Origin: a virus
Taxonomy: Duplodnaviria; Caudoviricetes
Reading direction: 5' to 3' (one strand)
Virus record (IMG/VR): IMGVR_UViG_3300043661_000028
Span: 1-59,944 of that record
Length of the DNA: 59,944 nt
Shown: piece by piece, positions 35,403-45,268 of the stretch
Position numbering within the stretch: the first letter of the stretch is position 1
Layout: every line of letters starts with the position of its first letter
Position numbers and translations under genes: made by a program
Notes under the pieces: model-generated
The model's input: only the letters and a program-made list of their open reading frames with translations
Databases searched by the model: none
What the model was told of the DNA's origin: nothing

Positions 35403-35936
35403 ATGACAAATGACCCCGGTATATGCACAGTCGAAGGGTGTGGCCGGGTCGTAGTGGCGCACGGCTGGTGCCGTCGCCACTACGCCCGGATGTACCGCAA
35501 TGGAACGCTCGAAGCCCGCTCCTGGGAGCCGCAGGGAACATGCACGGTAGATGGCTGTGACCAGCCTGCCTGGTCCGGCGGCCTCTGCGAGATGCACCGC
35601 TGGCGCGTCCGGGAGCATGGCGAGCCGGGCGTGGCTGAGCCGGTCAAGCCGCATGCCCGGAAGCCGCGCAAGCCGTGTCTCGTGGAAGGCTGCGGCCGGC
35701 CGCGCAAGGGCGCCTCTTACTGCGGTCTGCACACTGAGCGGCTGCGCCGTACTGGCAAGGTCGGCCCAGCGCAGCCGACACGGGCCAAAGGCGTCGTCAA
35801 GCCACGGCCAGACGGCTACATCCGGCTGACGATGCCAGACGGGCGCCGGGTCCTAGAGCACGTGCTCGTGGAGGACCTGATGAAGTACATCGCCGAGTAT
35901 CACCGGGACGCCATGCTGAGCATGCTGTCCGGCTAG
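35403..35936 (+). pseudogene. Free-standing HNH homing endonuclease, apparently truncated before the catalytic core
   Basis: Three CxxxGC...CxxH repeats and DGYI...VLEH, but no following HH.NG...N motif; TATACT 6 nt upstream of the ATG. Confidence 0.65.
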
Positions 35937-35951
35937 GAAAGCAGGCTGACG

Positions 35952-36491
35952 ATGACGGCCAGATACTGCACGGACAGTTTCGTCCTGGCGACGATCCTGG
36001 CGCCCCCGTCGACGCTGGCCGCGGCGCCGAACGTCGGTGGTGGCACGTTCGCGGCGGCGGCCTACTTCTGGAAGATCACCGGGTCGAACGCACGCGGCGA
36101 GACGACCGCGAGCAACGAGGCGACGTGCTCGGTGGCGCTGAACGGCACGGCGACGCTCACCTGGGCGGCGCTCCCGGCCGGGACGACCGCGGTGAAGGTG
36201 TACCGGGGGACGGTCACGAACGCGGAGAACGTGCTGGTCGCGACGCTCGGCGCGGTGGTGACCTACACCGACACGGGGATCGCGGGCGTGGCGGGAGTGC
36301 CGCCCGTGGTGTCGGGGGCGGAGATCTCGTCGATACTGACGCAGGCGGGGGCGCTGCGGGACTCCGCGCACCCGGCGGTGGTGGCGAACCCGGCCGCGTT
36401 CAGCGTGACGGCGCCGGTGGCGGGCCAGGGGCACGTGAGCCCGGGGACGCTGCAGTATCTCGCGGTGCATTCGGCGGGACCGGAACTCTAG
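35952..36491 (+). CDS. Putative virion decoration protein (Ig/FN3-like)
   Basis: YFWKITGSNARGETTASNE...LTW...VKVYRGT...YTDTG. Confidence 0.6.
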   Translation: MTARYCTDSFVLATILAPPSTLAAAPNVGGGTFAAAAYFWKITGSNARGETTASNEATCSVALNGTATLTWAALPAGTTAVKVYRGTVTNAENVLVATLGAVVTYTDTGIAGVAGVPPVVSGAEISSILTQAGALRDSAHPAVVANPAAFSVTAPVAGQGHVSPGTLQYLAVHSAGPEL

Positions 36492-36500
36492 GAGGCTCAG

Positions 36501-36758
36501 ATGGCGCAGCAGCCGCCGATGCAGGCGACGGACACGTTCGTGGCGACGATGAAGGACGGCAGCGATCAGCTGGTGACCAAGGGCCAGGTCCTGCCGTTCG
36601 GTCATGAGCTGGTGAAACGGGACCGGGAGGGGACCGGGACGCTGTTCCGGCCGCTGGACCTGGGCGGCGAGGATGAGCCGGCGCCTGCGAAAAGCGAGGC
36701 GAAGGCTGACCCGCCCGCGAAGGCCGCGCCGGTGAAGGCCGCCGGGAAGGCGCCGTAG
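36501..36758 (+). CDS. Small head-associated protein
   Basis: SD AGGAGG; typical post-capsid small protein with Ala/Lys tail. Confidence 0.6.
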   Translation: MAQQPPMQATDTFVATMKDGSDQLVTKGQVLPFGHELVKRDREGTGTLFRPLDLGGEDEPAPAKSEAKADPPAKAAPVKAAGKAP

Positions 36759-37100
36759 ATGGCGTGGACGCTGCCGGGTAACCGGCTCTTCGAGTACGTG
36801 ACCCCGGCGACGGTGGCGCTGTCGCCGATCGTGTCGGGATGGTATGACACGACCGGTTTCACGAACATGCTGCTGGCGTGGGTGTTCACGAACTCGGCGG
36901 GGACGACTACGCCGACGATCGAGGGCAGTTTCGACGGGGCGACGCTCGACACTGACGTGACCTACGCGGCGCTTGCGGGAGCCTCGCAGCTCACGACCGG
37001 GCTGCTCGTCGCGGTCCTGACCCCCTACGTCCGGTTCCGTCTCGTGCAGACCACGGCGGACGCGACCCGTACCAAGATCTTCGTTCAGGCGAGGCAGTGA
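36759..37100 (+). CDS. Putative structural protein (beta sandwich)
   Basis: IEGSFDG...PYVRFRLV. Confidence 0.6.
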   Translation: MAWTLPGNRLFEYVTPATVALSPIVSGWYDTTGFTNMLLAWVFTNSAGTTTPTIEGSFDGATLDTDVTYAALAGASQLTTGLLVAVLTPYVRFRLVQTTADATRTKIFVQARQ

Positions 37101-37639
37101 TGACTGACATTCCCCTGTCGCCCGGCGCCGCGCCGCAGATGCCCGCCGCGCCGAACTCGGGCCCGGCTCCGGCGCCGTACGGCGGGCTGGACCTGTCCCC
37201 GGAGCCCCCGGACTACGCGGCGGACCTGGGGCCGCTGGCCGATGCGGCGGGAGCGGTGATGGCCGGCGTGACCGGCCTGGGCACGACCGAGTCTGCCGTG
37301 GCGCATGACATCGCCGCCGGGACGGCCGACGCGCCGTACTACCCTGGGCCGCTGTCGCCGATCAACGCGATGGGCGACGACGACGACGGCGGCCGCGATG
37401 ACGTATCGGGCACCGTGGCGGGGGCGGTGGCGAACGCTACCGGCCGCTGGCAGGAGTTCCAGGGCGACACCGGTGCCGGGAGCACCATCGGTGACCTTAT
37501 GACGTTCCCGCCGGGGCCGCTGGACCCTGGTGCGGTCGGCGGCCTGAAGGGCGGCACCGACCCGGCGGGGAGCTTCTACGACCCGCCCAGGGGCGGTACG
37601 CCGCAGAACTTCCCCAACACCGGCAACGAGCCGAGCTAA
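37100..37639 (+). CDS. Acidic Gly/Pro-rich protein
   Basis: Low-complexity ORF in the head operon. Confidence 0.6.
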   Translation: MTDIPLSPGAAPQMPAAPNSGPAPAPYGGLDLSPEPPDYAADLGPLADAAGAVMAGVTGLGTTESAVAHDIAAGTADAPYYPGPLSPINAMGDDDDGGRDDVSGTVAGAVANATGRWQEFQGDTGAGSTIGDLMTFPPGPLDPGAVGGLKGGTDPAGSFYDPPRGGTPQNFPNTGNEPS

Positions 37640-37649
37640 GGAGCCCGTG

Positions 37650-38195
37650 ATGTCTGAGTTCTTCCAGCCCCTGGACCCGGCCGGCGCGCCGGACCCGGTG
37701 ACGCCGCAGGACGGCCCGGCAGATGCGGCGGGATGGGCGCAGGTCACCCCGTCTGGCCAGGGCCCGGGCCCGGCGCCGTACGACATCAGCGCGCCGCAGG
37801 ACATCGCGGGCATCGGCGGCGCGGTGCAGACGGCGATGGGCCTGTCCGGCGGCGCGGAAGGCGCGGGCCCGGGCGCGGGGATCCCGGACCGGCACGGACC
37901 CCGGCAGGCGCAGGCGGAGGCGATCCTGGAATCACCGCAGGGCGCCGGGGCGATGAACGTCACCGCCGGGTTCCCCGACTATGAGTCGTCGGACGTGTCG
38001 CCGGGCGCGAACATGGAGAACCCGGTCCAGGGGCACGGCGACTACCCGGGCACCACGCAGGGCGGGGTCCCGCAGTACGGCGCGGGTGAGGGCGGCCCGG
38101 TGCCCGGTGCCCCCCCGGGCGGCAGCATGGGCACGCCGGGCGGCGACTACCCCGGCACCACCCAGGACGGCCTGGCCAAGTACGGCACCAGCTGA
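37650..38195 (+). CDS. Acidic Gly/Pro-rich protein with duplicated GDYPGTTQ motif
   Basis: SD AAGGAG; internal repeat. Confidence 0.6.
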   Translation: MSEFFQPLDPAGAPDPVTPQDGPADAAGWAQVTPSGQGPGPAPYDISAPQDIAGIGGAVQTAMGLSGGAEGAGPGAGIPDRHGPRQAQAEAILESPQGAGAMNVTAGFPDYESSDVSPGANMENPVQGHGDYPGTTQGGVPQYGAGEGGPVPGAPPGGSMGTPGGDYPGTTQDGLAKYGTS

Positions 38196-38248
38196 CGATG
38201 CGCCGCGCGGGGCGCATGACAACGACGATGATCTGAGGGAGACCCGCT

Positions 38249-38524
38249 GTGAGCGACATGGGCAAAGTACGTAAGGACGCCGCCGCCGAGGTGGAGCAGG
38301 ACGCCGCGGCCGGGCAGGCGAGGCAGTCGGCGCAGGCCGCTGAGCATGCGCGGGAGGCGCGGGAGGCTGCCGAGGCGGAGCAGGAGCAGCAGGCCCGGGT
38401 GCACGCGGAGCGCGACCTGGCGGCGCAGGGATCCGTGGATGAGGCTCGGGAGGCGGAGAAGACCGCGAAGAAGCAGGCGGCCGCCGATGAGAAGGCCGCC
38501 GGCGGGGGCAAGTCCGCGTCCTGA
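38249..38524 (+). CDS. Charged coiled-coil protein
   Basis: Ala/Glu/Gln-rich. Confidence 0.55.
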   Translation: MSDMGKVRKDAAAEVEQDAAAGQARQSAQAAEHAREAREAAEAEQEQQARVHAERDLAAQGSVDEAREAEKTAKKQAAADEKAAGGGKSAS

Positions 38525-38544
38525 CCTAGGCAGGCGGTGAATCC

Positions 38545-39279
38545 GTGGCCATCACCGCCGCCGCGTTCAGCACCGGGGCCACCCCGGCCTCGACGGTTTC
38601 GGCGCCGGCCCCGGCCGGGGTGCAGCTCAACGACCTGCTGCTGATCTGGGTGGTGTCCCAGGTCGCGGCGATGACGTTCTCGGTGACCGCTGGTTCCGCC
38701 AGCTGGAACGCGGTCACGGCGGCGACCGGGCAGAACTGTTCCGCGCAGCTGCTGTGGAAGAACGCCGGCGCGACCGACGTGGCCCTGTCCGGCTCCGCCG
38801 GGTCCTACACGGTCACCGCGTCGGTCCTGCATAACATCGCGGGGATCATCGTCGGCGCGCCGGGCGCCGCATTCGACCCGGCGGTGCCGGCCAGCTCGGG
38901 GCAGCTGCTGTCGGCCGCCGCGACCTCCTACGTCGTCAACGGGGTCACCACTCTCACAGCGGGTGACCTTCTGCTGCTGTTCTGCGGCACTAGGTTCCCG
39001 GCCTCCACGAGCGGGACGATGACGCTGCCGGGCGGCTGGGCGACCGCGGTCGCCGAGCTGGACACGACGGTGGCGGCGGCGGTCGGCGTCGGCGCGATGC
39101 TCGGCACCCAGGCCCAGGTCAGCGCGGGCGCGACGGGGACCGCGACGGTCGGCCTGGCCAATGTGACCGATGACGGCGGCGGCCTGCTGGTCGCCCTCAC
39201 CCAGCCGGCACCCGGGACGCGCGCCGCGGCGGCGCTGGTGGTCCCGCAGGCAGCTGTCATGCAGGCAGCCAACTGGTAA
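38545..39279 (+). CDS. Putative minor structural protein
   Basis: PAGVQLNDLLLI...TAGDLLLL duplicated beta motif. Confidence 0.6.
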   Translation: MAITAAAFSTGATPASTVSAPAPAGVQLNDLLLIWVVSQVAAMTFSVTAGSASWNAVTAATGQNCSAQLLWKNAGATDVALSGSAGSYTVTASVLHNIAGIIVGAPGAAFDPAVPASSGQLLSAAATSYVVNGVTTLTAGDLLLLFCGTRFPASTSGTMTLPGGWATAVAELDTTVAAAVGVGAMLGTQAQVSAGATGTATVGLANVTDDGGGLLVALTQPAPGTRAAAALVVPQAAVMQAANW

Positions 39280-39298
39280 CTACAGGAAGGGGCCAGCG

Positions 39299-39772
39299 AT
39301 GGCCAAGACCGGATACACCCTCCCGATGGGCGCTCCCGTCGCGCTGGCCGCCGGCGTCGCGAAGTCCGCGCTCACGGTTCTGTGCCCCGCGTCGTTCGGG
39401 ATTGACCTGACCAAGATGCGGCTCGGGTTCGACGGCGTGACCGCCTCGGCGGTCCCGGTGCTGGCGGAGTTCTGCGACAACACGGCCGCGTCGAACGTGA
39501 CGCCGGGCACGAACAACACCCTGGGTACCGTGACCCAGGTGTACGGCCGGGCGATCGCGGCGGGGTTCACCGGGTTCTACGCCTCCACGCTGGAGCCGAC
39601 GGTGCTGACCCGCTACGACTCGTGGACGCTGACGCCCAACGGGGGCCTGGTGATCTACGACTGGCCGCTGGGGTCCACGCACGACACGCCGGTGTCGGCA
39701 GGGATCTCCCTGCGGCTCACGGCCCCGGCTGCGGTCAATGCGAATGGCGCTTTCTGGTTCGAACGTTGCTAG
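39299..39772 (+). CDS. Putative structural protein
   Basis: SD AGGAAGG; GFDGVTASAVPVLAE...GISLRLTAPAAVN. Confidence 0.6.
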   Translation: MAKTGYTLPMGAPVALAAGVAKSALTVLCPASFGIDLTKMRLGFDGVTASAVPVLAEFCDNTAASNVTPGTNNTLGTVTQVYGRAIAAGFTGFYASTLEPTVLTRYDSWTLTPNGGLVIYDWPLGSTHDTPVSAGISLRLTAPAAVNANGAFWFERC

Positions 39773-39775
39773 CCA

Positions 39776-40039
39776 GTGAAACCTGAGCAGATCGAGTACG
39801 CCGCCCCCGGTCCCGGCCAGTGCATCCTGCACAACATGGACGGCAGCCTGCTCGTCGAGCGGGCAGACCCGGTGGTGGCCTTCCCCGAGTCGCTGGTCAC
39901 CCAGGTCCGCGCCGGGACCGGCCCTGGGGGCATCAGCCTGGACGGCAAGACGCTGGTGATCGACGCGGCCAACCAGCGGGTGTCCTACCGGCTGGAACAA
40001 TGCGCGCAGCCGGGTTACCTGCTGGGCACGCTGACCTGA
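39776..40039 (+). CDS. Hypothetical protein
   Basis: In the operon, good codon usage. Confidence 0.55.
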   Translation: MKPEQIEYAAPGPGQCILHNMDGSLLVERADPVVAFPESLVTQVRAGTGPGGISLDGKTLVIDAANQRVSYRLEQCAQPGYLLGTLT

Positions 40040-40059
40040 CCGCAGGCTAGGAGGCGGCC

Positions 40060-41724
40060 GTGGCGGTCCACGGACGCGCCTACCCGGCCCCGGCGGTCAT
40101 CTCCCGGGGCAGCCTGGCCGACGCCCCGGTCCTCACGACCCCGGCACCCGTTGTCATCTCGGGTGCGCGGGACCGCCAGGCGTTCCAGGTCACCGCCGGG
40201 CAGGGCACCCCCGTTCCCGCGGTCATCTCCGCGGCTCCGGTTCCGGCTGTGCTCTACACGGCCACCTACGCTGCTGTCTACGGCGGCTCCGCCCCGGGTG
40301 CTCCCGCGGCGCTGGTCACCGGCCCGGCCGCGACCCCCGGATTCGGGCAGCCGAACGCGGCGGTGACGGCCCGGTCGTCGCCGGCCGACTTCGCGACTCC
40401 GGTCACCCCGGTGCCCGTGGTCGTCCCGGCTGCGGCCGCCCCGCGCTGGGGACTGCCGCAGCCGCCAGTCATCAGCGCCGCGCCGGGTGTCCCGGTCGCG
40501 CCTGTCCTGACGACCCCCGCGCCGGTCATCCGGCAGGCCGCGGTGACGGCAGGTTACGGCCAGCCGCAGGCGCCGGTCATCATCTCGGCGCCTGCGGTCA
40601 TCACCGCGCCGCCGCCGCCGCTGGTCGTCACCCCGCCGCCGCCGCCGCGGGCCGCCGCACAGCTGGTCGTGACCCGCGGGGCGCTGGCCGACCCGGCGGA
40701 CTCCGCGGGACGCCAGCCGCTGATCACCGCCCCGGCGGCCGCGGCGCAGCCTCCGGTCCCGGCGGTCCTGTCCCGGTCCTCCCTTGCTGACGCACCTGTC
40801 CTGACGACCCCGGCACCGCTGGTGGTCGCCCGCCCGCCCGCGCCGGCCGCGCCGGTCCCGCCGGTGATCTCCTCGGCGCCGCTGACCGCGGCCGCGCCAG
40901 CAGCGGTCACCCCGGCCGCCGTGGTGGTGGCCGGCCAGCCGCCGCCCGCACCGCCCGCGGCGGCGGTCGTCAGCCGCAGCAGCCTCGCCGACGCGCCCGT
41001 CCTGACCACGGCCCCGCCGGTGATCATCCCGGCAGTGGTCACCCCGCGGTGGGGCACTCCCGGCCAGCCTGTCATCTCCTCGGCGCCGTTCATCCCCGCC
41101 GCCGCGGTCCCGCCGCTGGTCGCCTGGCAGCAGCCTCCCGCAGGGCCGCCGGGCCCCGCGGTCATCTCCCGCGGATCCCTCGCCGACGCCCCGGTGCTCA
41201 CCACGCCCCCGCCGGTGGTGGTCCTGGCCACCGCGGTCACCTCCTGGGGCACCCCGCAGGCCGCGGTCATCACGTCGGGCCCGGCATCCCCGCCGGTCCT
41301 CGCGGCCGCCACCCCGCAGCCGGTCATCGTCGCCGCGGCGGTCAAGCTGGCCGCCGCGCAGCCGCCCGTCATCCTGCGGAACACGCGCGCCGACCCGCCG
41401 GCCCTGATCACCCCGGCGCCGGTGATCGTGGCGCAGCCGGTGCGGTGGCCGCCGACGTTCCCGGTGATCTCCTCGGCGCCGTTCATCCCGCCGCCGCCGC
41501 CGTTCACCGTCGGCACCCTGACCGCCTCCACGGCGCCAGGCGCGGCGCTGACAGCCAGCGGGGCACCCGCCGGGGCCCTGACCGCAGCGGCCGCCACGGC
41601 CACGCTGACGGCCACCGCAAGTGCGGCCGGGGGCACCGCGTACGCGCCCGTCTACGGCCCCGGTTACGGGCCGCAGGAGGGCACCCTGACCGCGACCAGC
41701 ACCAGGACGGGAGGACCCGGCTAG
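40060..41724 (+). CDS. Pro/Ala/Val/Thr-rich repeat protein
   Basis: SD AGGAGG; repeats VISRGSLADAPVLTTPAPVV and PVISSAP. Confidence 0.7.
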   Translation: MAVHGRAYPAPAVISRGSLADAPVLTTPAPVVISGARDRQAFQVTAGQGTPVPAVISAAPVPAVLYTATYAAVYGGSAPGAPAALVTGPAATPGFGQPNAAVTARSSPADFATPVTPVPVVVPAAAAPRWGLPQPPVISAAPGVPVAPVLTTPAPVIRQAAVTAGYGQPQAPVIISAPAVITAPPPPLVVTPPPPPRAAAQLVVTRGALADPADSAGRQPLITAPAAAAQPPVPAVLSRSSLADAPVLTTPAPLVVARPPAPAAPVPPVISSAPLTAAAPAAVTPAAVVVAGQPPPAPPAAAVVSRSSLADAPVLTTAPPVIIPAVVTPRWGTPGQPVISSAPFIPAAAVPPLVAWQQPPAGPPGPAVISRGSLADAPVLTTPPPVVVLATAVTSWGTPQAAVITSGPASPPVLAAATPQPVIVAAAVKLAAAQPPVILRNTRADPPALITPAPVIVAQPVRWPPTFPVISSAPFIPPPPPFTVGTLTASTAPGAALTASGAPAGALTAAAATATLTATASAAGGTAYAPVYGPGYGPQEGTLTATSTRTGGPG

Positions 41725-43311
41725 ATGCCCGCCAACTTCACGATCCCCCCCGACACCCGCGCCGTCGGCAGCGGCAACCCCCCCGCCGACATGAACGGCG
41801 TCGCCGACACCCTCGCCGCCATGGGCGCCACGTACAACATCCTCAACGCCGCGTACTCCGGCGGCGCCGACCCCACCGGCGTGGCCGACTCCACCACGGC
41901 GATCCAGGCGTGCATCAACGCCGCGAACGCAGCCGGCGGCGTGGTCAACATCCCGCCCGGCATCTACGCGGTCAGCCAGCTCACCATCCTGACGGGCACC
42001 GTCATCCGCGGCAGCGCCTCCGGCAGCTACCCGGGCGAGAACGCCATCCCCGGGGTCAGCGTCCTGCGCCGGATAAACACCACCAACCTGGACGTGCTCC
42101 TCGCCCCCGACGGCAACAACCACTTCCGCATCTTCGACCTGGCTATCGACGGGAACAAGGCCAACAACACCTCCGGGTACGGGCTGAAGATCGCCGACGG
42201 CGCCGCCGGGCAGGAATGCCAGGCGGTCATCGAGCGGTGCTTCTTCCACGACAGCCCGTTCAGCAACATCTACCTGGGGAAGAACCGCCGCGGCGCCAAG
42301 GTCCTCAACGGCATCTTCAACTACTCCGGTGTCGACGGGATCACCGTCGCGTCGTCGGACAACGCGATCCAGCGGAACATCTGCGGGTCGAACGGCCGCG
42401 CCGGGATCTGCCTGGGCACCACCATCACCCAGAACTGGGCGGCGTCCTCCCCGTCGAACGCGGCGGCGGTCAACCACGTGGCCGACAACGACATCTACCA
42501 GAACCAGGTCGGCATCGCGCTCGCCGCGTCCGCGTGGGGCAACATGATCGCGTTTAACGGCATCGACCGGCAGACCCTGCAGGGCATCACCGTCTACGAC
42601 AACGCGTCGAACAGCCTGCTGGGGAACTCGTTCCACTCCAACGGCACCGCGACGACCAACACCTACGGGCACATCGACATCGCCGCCGGGGTCGTCCAGG
42701 TGGATATCACGGGCAGCGCGTTCGGGCCGCTGGACGGCGGCATCACCAACGTGGCGTCGTACGGGGTGGTGGTGGCTGCGGGTGCCCCGGCGGGATGCAT
42801 CATCGGGGATGTCGGCGTGATCGACGCGACATCCACTGTTAACGGGCTGATCAGCCTGCCCGCGAAGCGGCTGAACCCGGCTGCTGCCGCGTCGGCGGTG
42901 TTCCGGCCCGCTAACCCCACGGCCACGGTCAGCAGCACCCTGGTCATGATGGGCCTGGGATCCACATGCGCGTTCACCCCGGCCGGGTCCGGCAAGGTGC
43001 TGGTGAACGTCACCGGCATATGGCTGACAGCAACGGCGGCGGCGGGAGGCACCGTGGCGGGCCGGTACGGCACCGGCACGGCCCCGGTGAACGGGGCCGC
43101 AGTGTCCGGGACACGGTTCGGGTCCGGGCTCGCCGACTCGGGCCTTAAGGCCACCTCGCCGACGGCGGGCATCCCGTTCGCGCTCACCGACATCCTGGTG
43201 CTCACCCCCGGTACGGCGTACTGGTTCGACCTGACCACCGGCACGCTCGTCCCGGCGGACGCGGCGACCATCACCAACGTCAGCATGACCCTCGTGGAGC
43301 TGGCAGGCTGA
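41725..43311 (+). CDS. Right-handed beta-helix (pectate-lyase-like) spike/depolymerase
   Basis: GADPTGVADSTTAIQACINAA...VNIPPGIY; Asn-ladder repeats. Confidence 0.8.
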   Translation: MPANFTIPPDTRAVGSGNPPADMNGVADTLAAMGATYNILNAAYSGGADPTGVADSTTAIQACINAANAAGGVVNIPPGIYAVSQLTILTGTVIRGSASGSYPGENAIPGVSVLRRINTTNLDVLLAPDGNNHFRIFDLAIDGNKANNTSGYGLKIADGAAGQECQAVIERCFFHDSPFSNIYLGKNRRGAKVLNGIFNYSGVDGITVASSDNAIQRNICGSNGRAGICLGTTITQNWAASSPSNAAAVNHVADNDIYQNQVGIALAASAWGNMIAFNGIDRQTLQGITVYDNASNSLLGNSFHSNGTATTNTYGHIDIAAGVVQVDITGSAFGPLDGGITNVASYGVVVAAGAPAGCIIGDVGVIDATSTVNGLISLPAKRLNPAAAASAVFRPANPTATVSSTLVMMGLGSTCAFTPAGSGKVLVNVTGIWLTATAAAGGTVAGRYGTGTAPVNGAAVSGTRFGSGLADSGLKATSPTAGIPFALTDILVLTPGTAYWFDLTTGTLVPADAATITNVSMTLVELAG

Positions 43312-44198
43312 TGTCGCGCTACCCTGCTGGCCAGCCAGTTAGAGTCAGTACCACCGTCCGGGACGTCAACGGCAACCTCGTCAACGCCGGCGCACTCACC
43401 CTGCTCGTCAAGATCGCCCAGGCAGACGGCACGTCGCTCACCACCGGCACCTATACCACCCCGGTGAATGATTCCACTGGTGCCTACCATCAGGACATCC
43501 CGGTCACGGACCTCGCCGCCACCGGCCACTACCAGTACAGCTGGACCGCCACCGGCACCGGCGCAGGCGTCTCCTTCGGCGAATTCGACGTCTTCGACCC
43601 CTTCGAAACCAGCATCCTGCCACTGCAAGACGCCAAAGACGCCCTCAACATCCCCCAGACAATCACCACATCCGACACCGAGATCGCCGCCTACATCGCC
43701 ACCATCCGGGCCAACCTGGAGAAAGCCACCGGCGGGCCGCTGGTCAACAAGACGATCACCGCCGAACGGTCCGAGATGCAAGCCGGGCAGACGGTCATCC
43801 CCGTCCGGCAGCGCCCCCTCGTCTCGGTCACCTCAATTACCAGTGCCAGCGGCGGCACGATCGACATCAGCGCGGGCCTCGACCTCGACGTCAACGCCGG
43901 GCTCATCCGCCGCCAGCTCGGCCTGCCGTTCTACGGCCCGTTCTTCTCCTGGCTGCCTACCTGCTTTGTCACCTATATTGCAGGTTGGGGTGTTTCTGTC
44001 CCGGCGGCGTTCAACGTCTTCGCCCGGATCGTGCTTCAGCACCTGTGGACGAGTCAGCGCGGCGAGACCGCGCTCCCCATGAACGCCGGGGAAATGGTGA
44101 CCCCGCCAGGATTCGGCTTCGCCATCCCGAACGCCGCCGCCGAGCTGCTCAACGGCAGCTTCGGGGGCGTCCCCTTCTTGCAGGAAGCGTACGTGTGA
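43311..44198 (+). CDS. Head-tail adaptor with N-terminal Ig-like domain
   Basis: LQDAKDALNI...DTEIAAYIA...VTYIAGW...IVLQHLWTSQRG. Confidence 0.8.
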   Translation: MSRYPAGQPVRVSTTVRDVNGNLVNAGALTLLVKIAQADGTSLTTGTYTTPVNDSTGAYHQDIPVTDLAATGHYQYSWTATGTGAGVSFGEFDVFDPFETSILPLQDAKDALNIPQTITTSDTEIAAYIATIRANLEKATGGPLVNKTITAERSEMQAGQTVIPVRQRPLVSVTSITSASGGTIDISAGLDLDVNAGLIRRQLGLPFYGPFFSWLPTCFVTYIAGWGVSVPAAFNVFARIVLQHLWTSQRGETALPMNAGEMVTPPGFGFAIPNAAAELLNGSFGGVPFLQEAYV

Positions 44199-44668
44199 GC
44201 ACCACCCGGTTCGCCGCCGCCGTGACCGCGCTGCTCGCCGCCTACACCGCCGCCGCCCCGCTAGCCGGCATACCCGTCTACGACGGGGCGCAAGTCAGCG
44301 GCGCCTCCGACCCCAAGTTCATCATCGTCGGCCACGACGGCACCATCGCCGCCGACGGCACCCTCACCGCCACCGCCCCCGCCGGGAACTACGTCCAAGC
44401 CTGGGCCGACACCACCACCGGCCGCGAAGAAAACGGGTGGATCAACTGCGTCGCCGTCACCCAGACAGGCGAGGCCGCCGGGCTAGCCGACTGCCGCACC
44501 GGGACCGACGCGCTGCTGGCCGCCGCCGAGGACGCCGCCGCAGCGGGCGGCGCACCCCACCTGACGTTCGACGGGACCACCGACGGGCGGATCATCTACC
44601 GGCAGGGACCGAACGGCGCAGCGGTCATATGCGCGTACCGCGTCACCTACTCCGCGCCGTGGGGCTGA
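44195..44668 (+). CDS. Tail terminator / head-tail completion protein
   Basis: LAGIPVYDG...FIIVG; position in the operon. Confidence 0.6.
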   Translation: MSTTRFAAAVTALLAAYTAAAPLAGIPVYDGAQVSGASDPKFIIVGHDGTIAADGTLTATAPAGNYVQAWADTTTGREENGWINCVAVTQTGEAAGLADCRTGTDALLAAAEDAAAAGGAPHLTFDGTTDGRIIYRQGPNGAAVICAYRVTYSAPWG

Positions 44669-44686
44669 CATGCGATAATGAATAGT

Positions 44687-44718
44687 GGGCTGGAGAGCGC
44701 GGAAACGCTCTCCAGCCC
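44687..44718 (+). promoter_or_regulatory. Perfect 13-bp hairpin in the leader of the HNH gene, after a GATAAT -10-like box
   Basis: GGGCTGGAGAGCG-CGGAAA-CGCTCTCCAGCCC. Confidence 0.55.
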
Positions 44719-44749
44719 GATCAGCAACCCTGTGCGAGAGGGCACTGAC

Positions 44750-45250
44750 ATGAAAGAGCGTATCTGCCCGTGCGGCAACGCATTCACGCCGAATAGCATC
44801 AACGTGGCCAGGGGCGGCGGCAAGTACTGCTCCCGGGCTTGCTACTGGCAGTACACGACTCCAGCGCGAGGCGAAGGCAAAGCCCAGTGGAAGGGCGAGT
44901 CTGTCGGCTATAAGGCGCTTCACGATTGGGTTCGCCGCGAAAAAGGCAAGCCTGAGCACTGCGAGTCGTGCGGCGCGACTGAGGGCCGTCTTGAATGGGC
45001 GAATGTCTCCGGGCAGTACCGCCGCGACCTTGACGACTGGATCGCCCTGTGCCGGACCTGCCACCGCAGGCACGACTCGCCTGCATGCAAGCGCGGCCAT
45101 GAGCGGACCGCCGAGAACACTTACACCGACCGGCAGGGCTATCCGCATTGCCGGCCATGCAGGAACGAGCGGCTCCGGCGCCAGCGCGCCGGGCAGCAGA
45201 CTGAGCCGCCTCGGCGGAGCGCCATCAAAGACAAGTACGGCAAATGGTGA
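44750..45250 (+). CDS. HNH-type homing endonuclease-like protein
   Basis: CPCGNAF...KYCSRAC; WKGESVGYKALHDWV...CESCG...LCRTCHRRHD; CKRGH...ENTY...CRPC. Confidence 0.75.
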   Translation: MKERICPCGNAFTPNSINVARGGGKYCSRACYWQYTTPARGEGKAQWKGESVGYKALHDWVRREKGKPEHCESCGATEGRLEWANVSGQYRRDLDDWIALCRTCHRRHDSPACKRGHERTAENTYTDRQGYPHCRPCRNERLRRQRAGQQTEPPRRSAIKDKYGKW

Positions 45251-45268
45251 CTAGCTAGGGAGAGCCTC

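Noticed and set aside
40015-42672. 885-aa minus-strand ORF (and similar ones at 31046..32635, 52710..54497, 16179..17612, 7693..8796)
   Set aside because: Antisense shadows of well-supported plus-strand genes, expected at this GC content; Arg/Gly-rich with no motifs
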